Shown one piece after another: positions 63,360 to 64,000 of a DNA stretch of 64,000 nucleotides. The translations under genes were made by a program, and so were the position numbers. The DNA is from Paramoeba atlantica. Lineage: Eukaryota > Protista > Discosea. Within the stretch, counting starts at the first letter, position 1. Each line of letters opens with the position of its first letter. Location of the stretch: positions 124,001 through 188,000 of the forward strand of contig CDRNVI010000045.1 of NCBI GenBank assembly GCA_977017575.1. Direction: 5' to 3'. The notes under the pieces were generated by a model. That model worked only from the letters and a program-made list of their open reading frames with translations, was not told where the DNA came from and ran no database searches.

Positions 63360-64000
63360 CTGGCAGTCTGCATTCTTGGATTTCGAGAATATCAACACCT
63401 GCAGTTTCCGCAAGATCAGCTGTCTCAAGCGCGTGCGCTTTCCATGTTTCCGCGAGGTCTCCTAACTTTCCAGTCACCTAACTTTCGGTCCACGCTTCGT
63501 CCTATCCTCTGAAGGGGTCCAACAGGGAGACCCGCTCGGACCCCTTTTGTTCTCGCTTGTTAGGCGAGAAATGGCTACGGAAATAATGGCAGGGGCACCC
63601 GACCTTCAGCTTAATTTTTGGTATCTTGATGATGGTGTCCTGGCAGGCAAGGCCTCTGACGTGCGCCATGCTATAGACATCATCGAAATCGGAGGTCCGA
63701 AATGGGGACTCAATCTCAATCCCTCAAAGTGCGAAATAATCACTCACCCGTCCTCATCCCAGCAAGTCTCCCACTTTCCTGACATTCCAGGACTGAACAT
63801 CAACACAGAGGGCAATCTGAGCATCCTGGGAAGCCCGATCGGATCGAACGCATACCGTCGCCAGTTCTTCATCGACGGCGCGATCTCGCAGGCACAGGAG
63901 TCCCTCGAAGCGATCGAGAAACTGGAGGACCCCCAGGTCGCCCTGTCTTTCATCAGGCAGTGCACAGGGTTCTGCCAGATGGTGTACTCCCTGCGCACGA
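63360..64000 (+). mobile_element. CRE/SLACS/CZAR-like non-LTR RT fragment, 5'-truncated, running off the right edge
   Basis: AFLDFEN (then a stop), EGVQQGDPLGPLLF, FWYLDDG, GLNLNPSKCE, ILGSPIG. Confidence 0.8.

Overview
Eukaryotic, intron-free genomic window. All recognisable host genes are on the minus strand: three LRR genes plus one broken LRR copy, FAN1, symplekin, a Tipin/Csm3-like gene, a PPR-like protein, glycerol-3-phosphate acyltransferase, a Pumilio/PUF protein, UTP15, a calmodulin-like protein and UFD1. This layout, together with VIPER-type and CRE-type retroelements and the LRR family, suggests a kinetoplastid directional gene cluster, possibly Perkinsela-like (inference, not verified). 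The intergenic spaces hold nested transposons: Tc1/IS630, pogo, hAT-like, Merlin/IS1595 and PIF/Harbinger DNA transposons and their MITEs, VIPER-like tyrosine-recombinase retroelement fragments, an intact R2-group (NeSL/HERO-like) non-LTR element and a CRE-like RT. Main findings: (1) five long host genes carry a clear 1-1.5 kb GC-rich island, and GPAT a weaker one, in which the strand flips from C-rich to G-rich, down to synonymous codon positions; three islands have an (AGT)n/(ACT)n hairpin at the centre. (2) The RLE-type retrotransposon has five Mer3/HFM1-like CxHxC..KxxCxHxCCKxG repeats where such elements normally have C2H2/Myb domains. (3) Poly(A)-tailed inserts are stacked at one site in a VIPER-like fragment, one with a 43-bp target duplication. 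(4) An intact hAT-like element has CATA termini, a 6-bp TSD and an apparent DDD triad. No tRNA, rRNA, SL RNA or CRISPR array was seen. All family calls come from motif recognition by eye; no searches were run.
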